This document shows, piece by piece, positions 18,093 through 26,036 of a stretch of 32,000 nucleotides of DNA (positions are counted from its first letter, which is position 1; each line of letters opens with the position of its first letter). Source of the stretch: an uncultured Alphaproteobacteria bacterium (GTDB lineage: Bacteria; Pseudomonadota; Alphaproteobacteria; Rs-D84; CACZYB01); NCBI GenBank assembly GCA_934246625.1, contig CAKQHZ010000001.1, positions 90,001-122,000 on the forward strand, read 5' to 3'. Both the position numbers and the translations under genes were made by a program. Under the pieces are notes generated by a model that saw only the letters and a list, made by a program, of their open reading frames with translations, did not search any database and was not told the DNA's origin.

Positions 18093-18767
18093 ATGAAAAC
18101 CATGAAGAAAAAGAAATTAGCGGTGATAGGGATAGCGGGATTAGCGGGAATGCTTTACTCTGCGACACCTGCCTCCGCTCAAACATTTTATCAATGTATG
18201 CCTTTGAAGTGTAAAGCAGGAGAGTATGTAAGTGAAGGAGGAGAGTGTAAACGTTGCACGGGAGGTTATCGTTGCCCAGGAGATAATAAAAGGTATGCAT
18301 GCACAGGAGAATGGGAATATGCGTTTCCAGGAAGTTCAAGATGTTCAACCTTTGGCCCAAGTGATATTGAAAATATGAAATTGTTGGTTGGAGCTGGAGG
18401 TTGTTCACCGGGTAATTTCGCATCAATATATGTAAGGTTAAAGAATCTAAAAGTAGCAAATAATAGATATTACTATTTCGCTGTTAATATACCTCACTAT
18501 AAAACCCCTGCAATCCCTGAATATGTTATATATACACACTGTAACGCTGTACAAAATGATTATGAAGACCAAATATTATGTAAAGATATACAAAAAGTTA
18601 TAGTAAAAAGTAGAGGTGTTGGCGGTGGTGGCTGTTTCTCTCTTACACAAGGTAGTAAAGAGTTTCCTAATGTAGTGTTTGTTTCTGATAGCGGAAAATG
18701 TATGTCTTATTGGAAAGATGAACATGGAAGACAAAGGTTTGATACGTTGGACAAATGTAAATATTAA
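18093..18767 (+). CDS. Secreted cysteine-rich protein: N-terminal CxxGY-type repeats plus a C-terminal domain of unknown type (hypothetical)
   Basis: RBS GAAGGAG lies 7 nt upstream. Signal peptide ending ASA-QT. 13 Cys in the mature part. Units CKAGEY, CTGGYRC and CTGEWEY. Confidence 0.7.
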   Translation: MKTMKKKKLAVIGIAGLAGMLYSATPASAQTFYQCMPLKCKAGEYVSEGGECKRCTGGYRCPGDNKRYACTGEWEYAFPGSSRCSTFGPSDIENMKLLVGAGGCSPGNFASIYVRLKNLKVANNRYYYFAVNIPHYKTPAIPEYVIYTHCNAVQNDYEDQILCKDIQKVIVKSRGVGGGGCFSLTQGSKEFPNVVFVSDSGKCMSYWKDEHGRQRFDTLDKCKY

Positions 18768-18773
18768 TAAAAA

Positions 18774-18802
18774 ATCCCCCAGTAATCTGAGGGATTTTTT
18801 TT
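18774..18802. terminator. Bidirectional rho-independent terminator between the second Cys-rich gene and rpsD
   Basis: atcccccag (18774-18782), loop taat, ctgagggat (18787-18795), with one mismatch. An A-run lies upstream and 8 T downstream. Confidence 0.75.
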
Positions 18803-18818
18803 AACTCTTGTAAAGTTA

Positions 18819-19439
18819 TTACTGACGAGAGTAGAATTCCACAACCAAATTTGGTTCCATCTTTACTGGATATGGAACTTCTTCTATTGATGGGATTCTT
18901 ACATAAGTTGCTTCGAACTTTTTATCATCAACTGTTAAATAATCAGGAACTTCACGTTCTTTGTTATTTTGAGCTTGGATAACCATAGGTATAGTTCTTG
19001 CACCTTCCTTTAATGTAATAACATCACCAACACGAACTTGATATGATGGAATATTTACAGGTTTTCCATTTACAAGAATGTGTCCGTGGCTTACGATTTG
19101 TCTAGCAGCAAACACTGTTGGAACAAAATTTGCACGATAAACGATTGCATCAAGTCTTGATTCAAGTTGTGCAATAATTTCACTTGCTGTATCACCACGA
19201 CGGCGCATAGCTTCATCATAATATGAACGGAATTTCTTTTCAGAAACGTTTCCATAATATCCTTTAAGAAGTTGCTTTGCAGCTAATTGTGTTCCATAGT
19301 CAGTTCTTTTTGAATGACCAACTGGACCATGTTGTCCTGGTTTATATTTTCTTTTGTTCACAGGTGATTTAGCACGTCCCCAAGTGTTAACACCATAACG
19401 ACGGTCTAATTTATGTTTAGTTTCTAAACGTTTACTCAT
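18819..19439 (-). CDS. rpsD: 30S ribosomal protein S4
   Basis: 206 aa. [23 protein letters not shown]-terminus, and S4 RNA-binding domain [47 protein letters not shown]. Confidence 0.95.
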   Translation of the reverse strand: MSKRLETKHKLDRRYGVNTWGRAKSPVNKRKYKPGQHGPVGHSKRTDYGTQLAAKQLLKGYYGNVSEKKFRSYYDEAMRRRGDTASEIIAQLESRLDAIVYRANFVPTVFAARQIVSHGHILVNGKPVNIPSYQVRVGDVITLKEGARTIPMVIQAQNNKEREVPDYLTVDDKKFEATYVRIPSIEEVPYPVKMEPNLVVEFYSRQ

Positions 19440-19589
19440 AAGAGCTCCTTTTGTTATGCCAAAATGGCGGTTATTTTACAAGGTTTTTGAGTTTAAACCT
19501 TGGGTTTGTCCGATAGTCCATATCTAAATGGCGAGGACGTTATCAGATGAGGAGTCATCTTACTCAGCCCTACTTTCTCGGTATGAGGG
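19440..19589 (-). promoter_or_regulatory. Structured 5' leader of rpsD, a candidate S4 autoregulatory element
   Basis: About 140 nt lie between the predicted -10 and the ATG. Minus-strand hairpins are gatga-ctcc-tcatc, gtcc...ggac and aaggttt-aaactca-aaacctt. SD AAGGAG lies just before the ATG. Confidence 0.4.
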
Positions 19590-19618
19590 AATATACATCT
19601 TTGGATTTAATTTGTCAA
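19590..19618 (-). promoter_or_regulatory. Near-consensus sigma70 promoter for rpsD
   Basis: The minus strand reads TTGACA (19618-19613), an exact 17-nt spacer, then TATATT (19595-19590). Confidence 0.6.
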
Positions 19619-19640
19619 GGATTTGTTTTTATTGATAATT

Positions 19641-20216
19641 TTAGCTGTGCTTTGAATTTTTAAAGCTATACACACAACCACAATAATTTTGTTCATAGAT
19701 TTGTTGTTCCTTTATTATATTATGTGTGCGTTCTTGGATACCACATTTTCGCCAATTTATATCAAGGTATGGAACATTTGTAAAATGTTCAACAAGTCGC
19801 CCTACCTTATCAACTTGGGATAAATCTTTCCAGCGGGAAAAACCAAGTGTTGATGTGAAATAATCAAATTTATGTTGGCGGGCATACAATGCTGTTTTTG
19901 TTAGACGAAGTGAAAAGCAGGCTTCGCATCTTGCCCCACGTTCAGGACAATCCCCTAACCCTTTTGTTATTTTAAAATAATCATTTGGGGTGTAGTCAGT
20001 ATCAATAAAAGGAACATTATATAAATTCGCAATGCGGATAACTTCACCCTTTCGTTTGATATATTCTTCCTGTGGATAAATATTTGGATTATAAAAAAAT
20101 AAAGTTGCATCGATTTTGTTTTCTGCCAAAAACTCAACTACTCCACAACAACAAGGAGCACAACACACAAGAACAAGCATTTTACCCTTTATATCAAGAA
20201 TATCACTACTTAACAT
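19641..20216 (-). CDS. queH: Epoxyqueuosine reductase QueH (DUF208)
   Basis: N-terminal LVCCAPCC cluster, central CPERGARCEACFSLRL, and C-terminal NYCGCVYS, all typical of QueH. Confidence 0.8.
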   Translation of the reverse strand: MLSSDILDIKGKMLVLVCCAPCCCGVVEFLAENKIDATLFFYNPNIYPQEEYIKRKGEVIRIANLYNVPFIDTDYTPNDYFKITKGLGDCPERGARCEACFSLRLTKTALYARQHKFDYFTSTLGFSRWKDLSQVDKVGRLVEHFTNVPYLDINWRKCGIQERTHNIIKEQQIYEQNYCGCVYSFKNSKHS

Positions 20217-20280
20217 TTGACAGATTCCTTTTTATATAATATGTTAGCTTTTAGTATATGTGAATAAAGGGAATTTTTCC

Positions 20281-21357
20281 ATGAAAAAATTATTTTTATT
20301 TTTGGGTTTTATACTTGCATCTCAACAATGTTTTGCAAACGATATTACTTTGTATGAAGATAGCCAAAATTCTGTTGTAATTGATGGATATTTGGCTGGG
20401 TATGCAGTATATAACGATATAAAAAGAATAGAAAAGGCAAACAAACTTGATTTTGTTGGATACGGGGAAATTCATTTCACAGCAGAAAAAAGAGTTGATG
20501 AAAATAACTCCTTTGGTGCATATATAGAGCTTGAAACAAATCCATATCATGAAAAAAAGGACCGTGTATTTGAAGAAACTTATATCTATGGCGAAGGTTT
20601 ATATGGTAGATTTGAACTTGGTAGAGCAAAAAATATTTCACGAAAAATTCATATTTCTGCACCTGATGTTGGTCTTTTGGATATCGATGGGTCCTATAGT
20701 CTTGATTACCTTTCTGTGCCAAACAATTTTACATATATAAGTTCAACTGCAATTACAACGGATAAGGAATCAAATAAAATTAACTATATTTCACCAAAAT
20801 TTTATGGATTTCAAATTGCAGGAAGTTATATTGCTGGGGCATCTGATTTAAATGGAGATAATACCTTGGAATATGACAAGTTTAAAAATGGTTATACTGT
20901 ATCACTTAAATATTCCGATGATAATTTAGGAATTTCAACTGGATATGCTCAATTTAATGATACAAATATGCCTGTTTCACAATCAGATAAGCGAAACGAA
21001 TACTCTGTGGGTGCAAAATATTACACAAGAGGTTTTCAAATTTCCGCATCTTATAAAAAAATTGATGAAGAAAATATAATGGGTGCAAGGACTCAAGATG
21101 GATATGCCTTGAATTATGGCATTGCTTATGAATTTGGACCAATAGAATTTTCACTTTCACATCATAAATCAAATGTAATGGGAGATGTGTTAAATCCGTT
21201 TGATGATACACTTAATCTTACAATACTTTCTACAAACTTTAATATATATAAGGGTGTAGATTTTGCAACTTCATTTGGAAGAATTTCTTATGATGCACAA
21301 AAAGAAATTTCCTCTACTGGCTTTCTTAGTGCAATCGGATTTATGATTACTTTTTAA
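20281..21357 (+). CDS. Outer-membrane porin (Gram-negative general porin-like beta-barrel)
   Basis: Signal peptide MKKLFLFLGFILASQQCFA-ND. Alternating beta-strand pattern and many aromatic girdle residues. C-terminal ...GFMITF ends in Phe. I prefer the ATG at 20281, with AAGGGA upstream, to the GTG at 20260. Confidence 0.65.
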   Translation: MKKLFLFLGFILASQQCFANDITLYEDSQNSVVIDGYLAGYAVYNDIKRIEKANKLDFVGYGEIHFTAEKRVDENNSFGAYIELETNPYHEKKDRVFEETYIYGEGLYGRFELGRAKNISRKIHISAPDVGLLDIDGSYSLDYLSVPNNFTYISSTAITTDKESNKINYISPKFYGFQIAGSYIAGASDLNGDNTLEYDKFKNGYTVSLKYSDDNLGISTGYAQFNDTNMPVSQSDKRNEYSVGAKYYTRGFQISASYKKIDEENIMGARTQDGYALNYGIAYEFGPIEFSLSHHKSNVMGDVLNPFDDTLNLTILSTNFNIYKGVDFATSFGRISYDAQKEISSTGFLSAIGFMITF

Positions 21358-21458
21358 AAAAATTCGCTATTTACTCATTATTTTTCTTGCAAAATCATAT
21401 TTTTAAATATAATCTTATTAAGTAGGAAAGAAATTTTATAAAAAAATTGGAGAGTTTA

Positions 21459-22190
21459 ATGAAAATATCTAATTTATCAATAGCAGTTATTGCATTGTCT
21501 GCTTTGTTGTTTTCTGGCAAAACTTATGCAGATTGGGGTGTGGAAGCATACGAGGAAGAAATCGTTGATGACAGCCCTGTTTGGCCTATGCCTTATACTG
21601 ACTCATATACAAATATAGATGAGTTGGCTGAAAATCCTGACTATACAACACAAAATGCAGAAAATGCAAACAAAGTATCTTCAAAAACTCCTGAAACTGG
21701 TTGGACAGGTGGCCCAAGTTATACTCCACCTGCTGGAAATCCTCCTGTGGTTGAAAATATTATTCCGCCAGCAGATTCAAATATGCCTTTGGCAAATAAA
21801 GATTTAATCGTTGATGATGGTGTAAGAGTGCTTTCTGCTTCTATGCCTCCTGGATACCCTCTTGTTGAATATGTTGAAACAAAGGAAGTTGTGATGGAAG
21901 ACGAAGTTAATAAAATTCTTCAAGATTCTATTCGTGATTGGGTTGCAAAGGAAGGTCAAACTCTTCGCGAAGTATTACAACAATGGGCTGATATTGAAGG
22001 TTGGGAACTTGTTTGGAATACAAAACGTGAGTATCCTTTAAAGGCATCTGCAATATTCAGAGGAAGATTTAAAGATGTTTCTTCTGCTATTATTAGAACA
22101 TTTTCAAGAGCTACACCTCAACCTTTGGCTAAATATTACTTAGGAAATAGAGTGTTAGTTGTAAAAACTTTGGAGGAAAATGATGGTTAG
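21459..22190 (+). CDS. pilL: PilL-like periplasmic protein with a TcpQ-type C-terminal domain (type IVb pilus biogenesis)
   Basis: Signal peptide without a lipobox. C-terminal RDWVAKEGQTLREVLQQWADIEGWELVWNTKREYPLKASAIFRGRFKDVSSAIIRTF...LGNRVLVV matches my memory of the TcpQ/PilL domain. It is the first gene of the cluster and overlaps pilN by 11 nt. I prefer the ATG at 21459, with GGAGAG upstream, to the TTG at 21447. Confidence 0.6.
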   Translation: MKISNLSIAVIALSALLFSGKTYADWGVEAYEEEIVDDSPVWPMPYTDSYTNIDELAENPDYTTQNAENANKVSSKTPETGWTGGPSYTPPAGNPPVVENIIPPADSNMPLANKDLIVDDGVRVLSASMPPGYPLVEYVETKEVVMEDEVNKILQDSIRDWVAKEGQTLREVLQQWADIEGWELVWNTKREYPLKASAIFRGRFKDVSSAIIRTFSRATPQPLAKYYLGNRVLVVKTLEENDG

Positions 22191-23700
22191 TAAAAAAGTT
22201 CTTCTCACATCAGTAATGCTTTCTTATGCATTAAGTGGTTGTGTGTATAATCATGAAATGGCAAGTTCTGTGAAAAATAAGGTATCTGTGGATTTTGATG
22301 AAACACAAGATGCACTTGACAGAGCAAAGGTTCCTGGTCGTCCAATATCAAAGGATATTATTTCTGTAAGTGATGATATTTGGCTTGGTGAAACAAGTAT
22401 TGTGGCAGAACATAACGACCCATTGCCAAACAGATTTGAATCTGATGAAGGTATTACTTTGATGACAGATTCAGCAGTTACCTTTGATGAAATAACAAAT
22501 CAAATTTATTATTTGACTGGAATTTCTGTTCAAATTGAAGATAGTATCAAAAAAGAAGATTTAAAGGATTTAAGTATTTCTTATACTGGTCCATTATCTG
22601 GTCTTTTGAATATGCTTGCATTAAAGGCAAACATCAATTGGAGTTATGAAGGTGGAAAGATTATTTTCTATAAATATAAGACAAGAACATTTATTCTTCA
22701 TACACTTGCAACAGAATCAACTTATTCAGCAAACATTTCTTCTGGAAGTGATGGTTCAGCAACTTTGCAAACATCATCTAATTTAAAAGAATGGACTGAA
22801 ATTGGTGATGTTTTAAAAACTATTGTAAAAGATGGTGAAGTTCAACTTTCTCCTTCTACAAATTCTATTACCGTTACTGCTACACCAAAAACATTACAAA
22901 AGGTTGAAGCATACATAAAAGAACAAAACAGAAGATTTGCAAAGCAAGTTGCTGTTACTGTTAGAGTTATGCAAGTATCTCTTTCAAAAAGCAACAATTT
23001 TGGTCTTAACCTTACTGCTTTGTTTAACAATACTTATAATTTAGTAACAAGCACATCAAATGCAAGCTCTGATGGATTGTCATTCGCAATTTTGAAAGAT
23101 TCAAATGATAAAATGGCTGGTTCATCTGCTGCTATAAAGGCATTGTCAGCACAAGGAAAAACTTCTTTGTTGACATCTGCTGTTATTACTGCAAGAAATA
23201 ATCGAGTTGTGCCAATTAACAATATTCAAACTTTCAAGTATGTAAGTTCTATTTCTACTTTGACTGAAAATACAAATTCAACAACTGAAGTAACTCCACA
23301 AGAAGAATCTGTTGGTTTCAGTATGCAAATTATGCCTAACATTCTTGAAAATGGTAAATTGATGTTGTTGTTCAATATGTCATTAAAGGAACTTATCACT
23401 ATTGACACAATGCAAGTTGGTTCAACTGTGGTTCAACTTCCAAAGATTGAACAAAGAAACTTTATGCAAGAACTTGTTATGGAATCAGGTCAAACTGCGG
23501 TTCTTACTGGATTTGAAAAAATCAGAAATGAAAATGGCAGTGAAGGTCTTGGAAAGAGTGAATTTACATACCTTGGTGGTTCACAAAGCACAGAAACAAC
23601 TCGCGATGTATTGGTTGTTATGTTGACACCTCAAGTTATTACTTCACCACTTGAAATTGAAGATAACTCTAATAATGATTGGGGTATGCCATCTTACTAA
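22180..23700 (+). CDS. pilN: Type IVb pilus secretin lipoprotein (R64 PilN family)
   Basis: Lipobox LSGC at residues 19-22. Secretin-like C-terminus: NNRVVPINNIQTFKYV, GFSMQIMPNILENGKLMLLFN and TGFEKIRNENGSEGLGKSEFTYLGG...DVLVVMLTPQVI. Confidence 0.75.
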   Translation: MMVSKKVLLTSVMLSYALSGCVYNHEMASSVKNKVSVDFDETQDALDRAKVPGRPISKDIISVSDDIWLGETSIVAEHNDPLPNRFESDEGITLMTDSAVTFDEITNQIYYLTGISVQIEDSIKKEDLKDLSISYTGPLSGLLNMLALKANINWSYEGGKIIFYKYKTRTFILHTLATESTYSANISSGSDGSATLQTSSNLKEWTEIGDVLKTIVKDGEVQLSPSTNSITVTATPKTLQKVEAYIKEQNRRFAKQVAVTVRVMQVSLSKSNNFGLNLTALFNNTYNLVTSTSNASSDGLSFAILKDSNDKMAGSSAAIKALSAQGKTSLLTSAVITARNNRVVPINNIQTFKYVSSISTLTENTNSTTEVTPQEESVGFSMQIMPNILENGKLMLLFNMSLKELITIDTMQVGSTVVQLPKIEQRNFMQELVMESGQTAVLTGFEKIRNENGSEGLGKSEFTYLGGSQSTETTRDVLVVMLTPQVITSPLEIEDNSNNDWGMPSY

Positions 23701-23723
23701 CATTTATTTAAGAGGGGAAAAAG

Positions 23724-25175
23724 TTGGTAGCAAGCAAAGATATTAAAACTGTTGATATAGCAGGAAAAACCTATGCAGTAGGTCTTTTCTGGCAACCTGT
23801 TCAAAATGAAAAAGAATATTTGAAAGAGGTAAAAGCTGCTGTTCAAACAGTTGTGGTTGGTGCAAACCTTTATTGCTTGAAAAAGGGAACTGCCTCTCAA
23901 TATGGTTTAGGTTTTACAAGCTCTGGTCAAAAAAAGGGTATGCCTGCGGGTGCATCAGGAATTGCGAACGCACTTCGTGATAAATCATCTGCGGTTTGTG
24001 TTTTTAAGGTCAATGAAGGTTGGTGGTTCATCACCATAAGAAATAACCTTATTCTTTCCGAAGAAGATACTATCTATACCGATGAAAATGAAGCAAGAGA
24101 AGCATTTAATTCTATGTTATCAATCCCAGATTGGGGATATAAGATTGCTCCTGCAGAATGGGGAATCGAAGATACAAAAGAAATAAGTGCCGTTGAATTA
24201 TTATCAAAGGGTCAATCTGTTGAATTAAAATCTATTGAAACAAACAATGCAAAAAATATTATTTTAATTCTTTTGATGGTCGGAGCTGGTTGGTATTATT
24301 ACCATTCTGAACAAGTTAAAAAAGCTGAACAAGAAAGAATTGCAAGAGAAAGAAGAATTGCTGCGGCAAAGAAAAAAATGCTACAGGAGGTTGCTCCTCC
24401 ACCTCCTCCACCTGCTCCTTTTGAAAGTTTGACTGATATAAAGGATATGGCAAAGAAATGCACTATTTTAATTGTAAATTCAACTGCAACTGTGCCAGGT
24501 TGGGAATTGGATAAATCAATTTGTATAGAAAAGGCTATGACTTCAAATTGGAAGCGTGGTTATGGAACTGCGGGTTGGATTTTCGAAGCTCAACGATATG
24601 GAAATCTTCCAAAGGAAATGGAATTGTCTGCGGATAATAGCTCTTATAATTCTGTAAGTGGAACTATCAATATTCCATTTATAAAGCATACCAACCAAGC
24701 ACCTGTTATGGAAAAAAATGAAATTCAAAAAAAGTTAAGTGATATTTTTCAATCTTTGAAACTTTCTACATTCAAACTTCATGATGGAAAGACAACTATA
24801 AAGGATAAAAATAATCCTAACTATATAATGGATTATCCATACACAAATTTTTCATTTACTGATGCGGCTTATCGTCTTCCTTTGGATTGGGTGAAATTGC
24901 TTAGCGAAATAAATTCTATTGAATTTACTTCAATAACGTGGGATAATAAGAACAGACGTTGGTCTTATGAGGGAAGAATTTATGAAAATACTCCTGCTTT
25001 GATAAAACAAGCAGAACAAAAGAAATTAGAGGAAGAAAAAAAGTTGAAAGAAGAAGAGGCAAAGAAAAAGCAACAAGAAGCTCAAAATTCTGCAACTTTA
25101 GAAAATTCTGATAAAACAAATACAGAAGGAAAAAAAGAGGGGAATACCGATGGCAATTCTAAACAATCTAAATAA
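23724..25175 (+). CDS. pilO: PilO-like bitopic pilus biogenesis protein (R64 PilO, pilin accessory protein family) with a Pro run and an E/K-rich tail
   Basis: TTG start 6 nt after GAGGGG. N-terminal GKTYAVGLFWQP region. Single TM NIILILLMVGAGWYYY. Position between the secretin gene and the pilP-like gene. The family call is from memory of PilO N-termini. Confidence 0.55.
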   Translation: MVASKDIKTVDIAGKTYAVGLFWQPVQNEKEYLKEVKAAVQTVVVGANLYCLKKGTASQYGLGFTSSGQKKGMPAGASGIANALRDKSSAVCVFKVNEGWWFITIRNNLILSEEDTIYTDENEAREAFNSMLSIPDWGYKIAPAEWGIEDTKEISAVELLSKGQSVELKSIETNNAKNIILILLMVGAGWYYYHSEQVKKAEQERIARERRIAAAKKKMLQEVAPPPPPPAPFESLTDIKDMAKKCTILIVNSTATVPGWELDKSICIEKAMTSNWKRGYGTAGWIFEAQRYGNLPKEMELSADNSSYNSVSGTINIPFIKHTNQAPVMEKNEIQKKLSDIFQSLKLSTFKLHDGKTTIKDKNNPNYIMDYPYTNFSFTDAAYRLPLDWVKLLSEINSIEFTSITWDNKNRRWSYEGRIYENTPALIKQAEQKKLEEEKKLKEEEAKKKQQEAQNSATLENSDKTNTEGKKEGNTDGNSKQSK

Positions 25176-26028
25176 AAAAAATTATATTTTATTTTTATTT
25201 ATGTTAATTTTATCATTTACCTTTAATGTTGCAAATGTAAAGGCTCAAGCAAATGATAATCAAGACGAATATTATGAAGATGACGAAGAATATGATGAGT
25301 CAGAAGAAGATGTTGCCAATGATGAAGATTTAGGTAATGAATACGATGAAGGTTCTGATTTATATGAAAATACAGTGGATATTGATGACCCAAATGGTAT
25401 GTATAAACTTGACGATTTAACTGCTTCTACATTCAAACAAATTACATCTATGGAAAGACAAAATGCCATTATGAAACTTAAAATTGAACAAGGCAAATTG
25501 AAACTTGATTTGGAAAAACAAGAAGCTGAAAAGAAAAAACTTGCTCTTAACCTTGCTGATGAAGAAAAGGCTCGTGAATTAAAACGTGAAGAACAAGAAA
25601 GAAAGATTGAAGAAACTCGTAAAAAGGCTCGTGAATTAGAAGAAAAAGAGCAAGAAGAACGTAAAAAGAAACAACAAGAAGAAGAATTAAACAGAAAAAT
25701 TATGGATAAAATCAATTCAGCAGATTTAACAAATCCTGATGATGTGCAAGCATTAAGTCAACTTTTAAGTTTGGCTGGTGGTAATACTGCAAGTCTTCAA
25801 AATAAAAATGTTAGAAAAGCTGATAATATAGAAGATAAATATGTGATTAAATCCATTGCTGGCGCTGGTGGTAATTTGGTTGCCAATATTGAAAATATTG
25901 AAAAAAAATCTACTTTTAAAGTAAGAAATGGTAGTGTGCTTGATGGCTGGCTTGTTGAAAGTGTAAAAAGCTCAAGTATCTTACTTAAAAAAGGTGGTAT
26001 TGCTAAAGTAATGTATCTTAATCAATAG
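25150..26028 (+). CDS. pilP: PilP-like pilus biogenesis protein with acidic and coiled-coil inserts
   Basis: Signal peptide ending KAQA-ND. C-terminal beta-domain-like YVIKSIAGAGGNLVANIENIEKKSTFKVRNGSVLDGWLVESVKSSSILLKKGG. GAGGGG RBS. Overlaps pilO by 26 nt. Confidence 0.55.
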   Translation: MAILNNLNKKNYILFLFMLILSFTFNVANVKAQANDNQDEYYEDDEEYDESEEDVANDEDLGNEYDEGSDLYENTVDIDDPNGMYKLDDLTASTFKQITSMERQNAIMKLKIEQGKLKLDLEKQEAEKKKLALNLADEEKARELKREEQERKIEETRKKARELEEKEQEERKKKQQEEELNRKIMDKINSADLTNPDDVQALSQLLSLAGGNTASLQNKNVRKADNIEDKYVIKSIAGAGGNLVANIENIEKKSTFKVRNGSVLDGWLVESVKSSSILLKKGGIAKVMYLNQ

Positions 26029-26036
26029 GATTTTAA

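Noticed and set aside
18061-18459. 132-aa minus-strand ORF overlapping the second Cys-rich gene. The same applies to the other short nested or antisense track ORFs (852-1043, 1550-1933, 1791-2189, 5496-5714, 5856-6143, 6116-6340, 6951-7157, 12393-12962 and others).
   Set aside because: All lie inside or antisense to long ORFs with recognisable family motifs. They lack start context and have odd composition. I treat them as frame shadows.
21447-21458. Alternative upstream starts: TTG at 21447 for pilL-like, and GTG at 20260 for the porin
   Set aside because: In both cases an in-frame ATG with a better-spaced purine-rich RBS follows within 12-21 nt and begins a canonical signal peptide.
25272-25715. 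147-aa Ser-rich ORF on the minus strand inside the pilP-like gene
   Set aside because: It is the antisense reading of GAA/AAG-rich coiled-coil coding sequence. It has no RBS and is low-complexity. It is a shadow ORF of the much better supported plus-strand gene.
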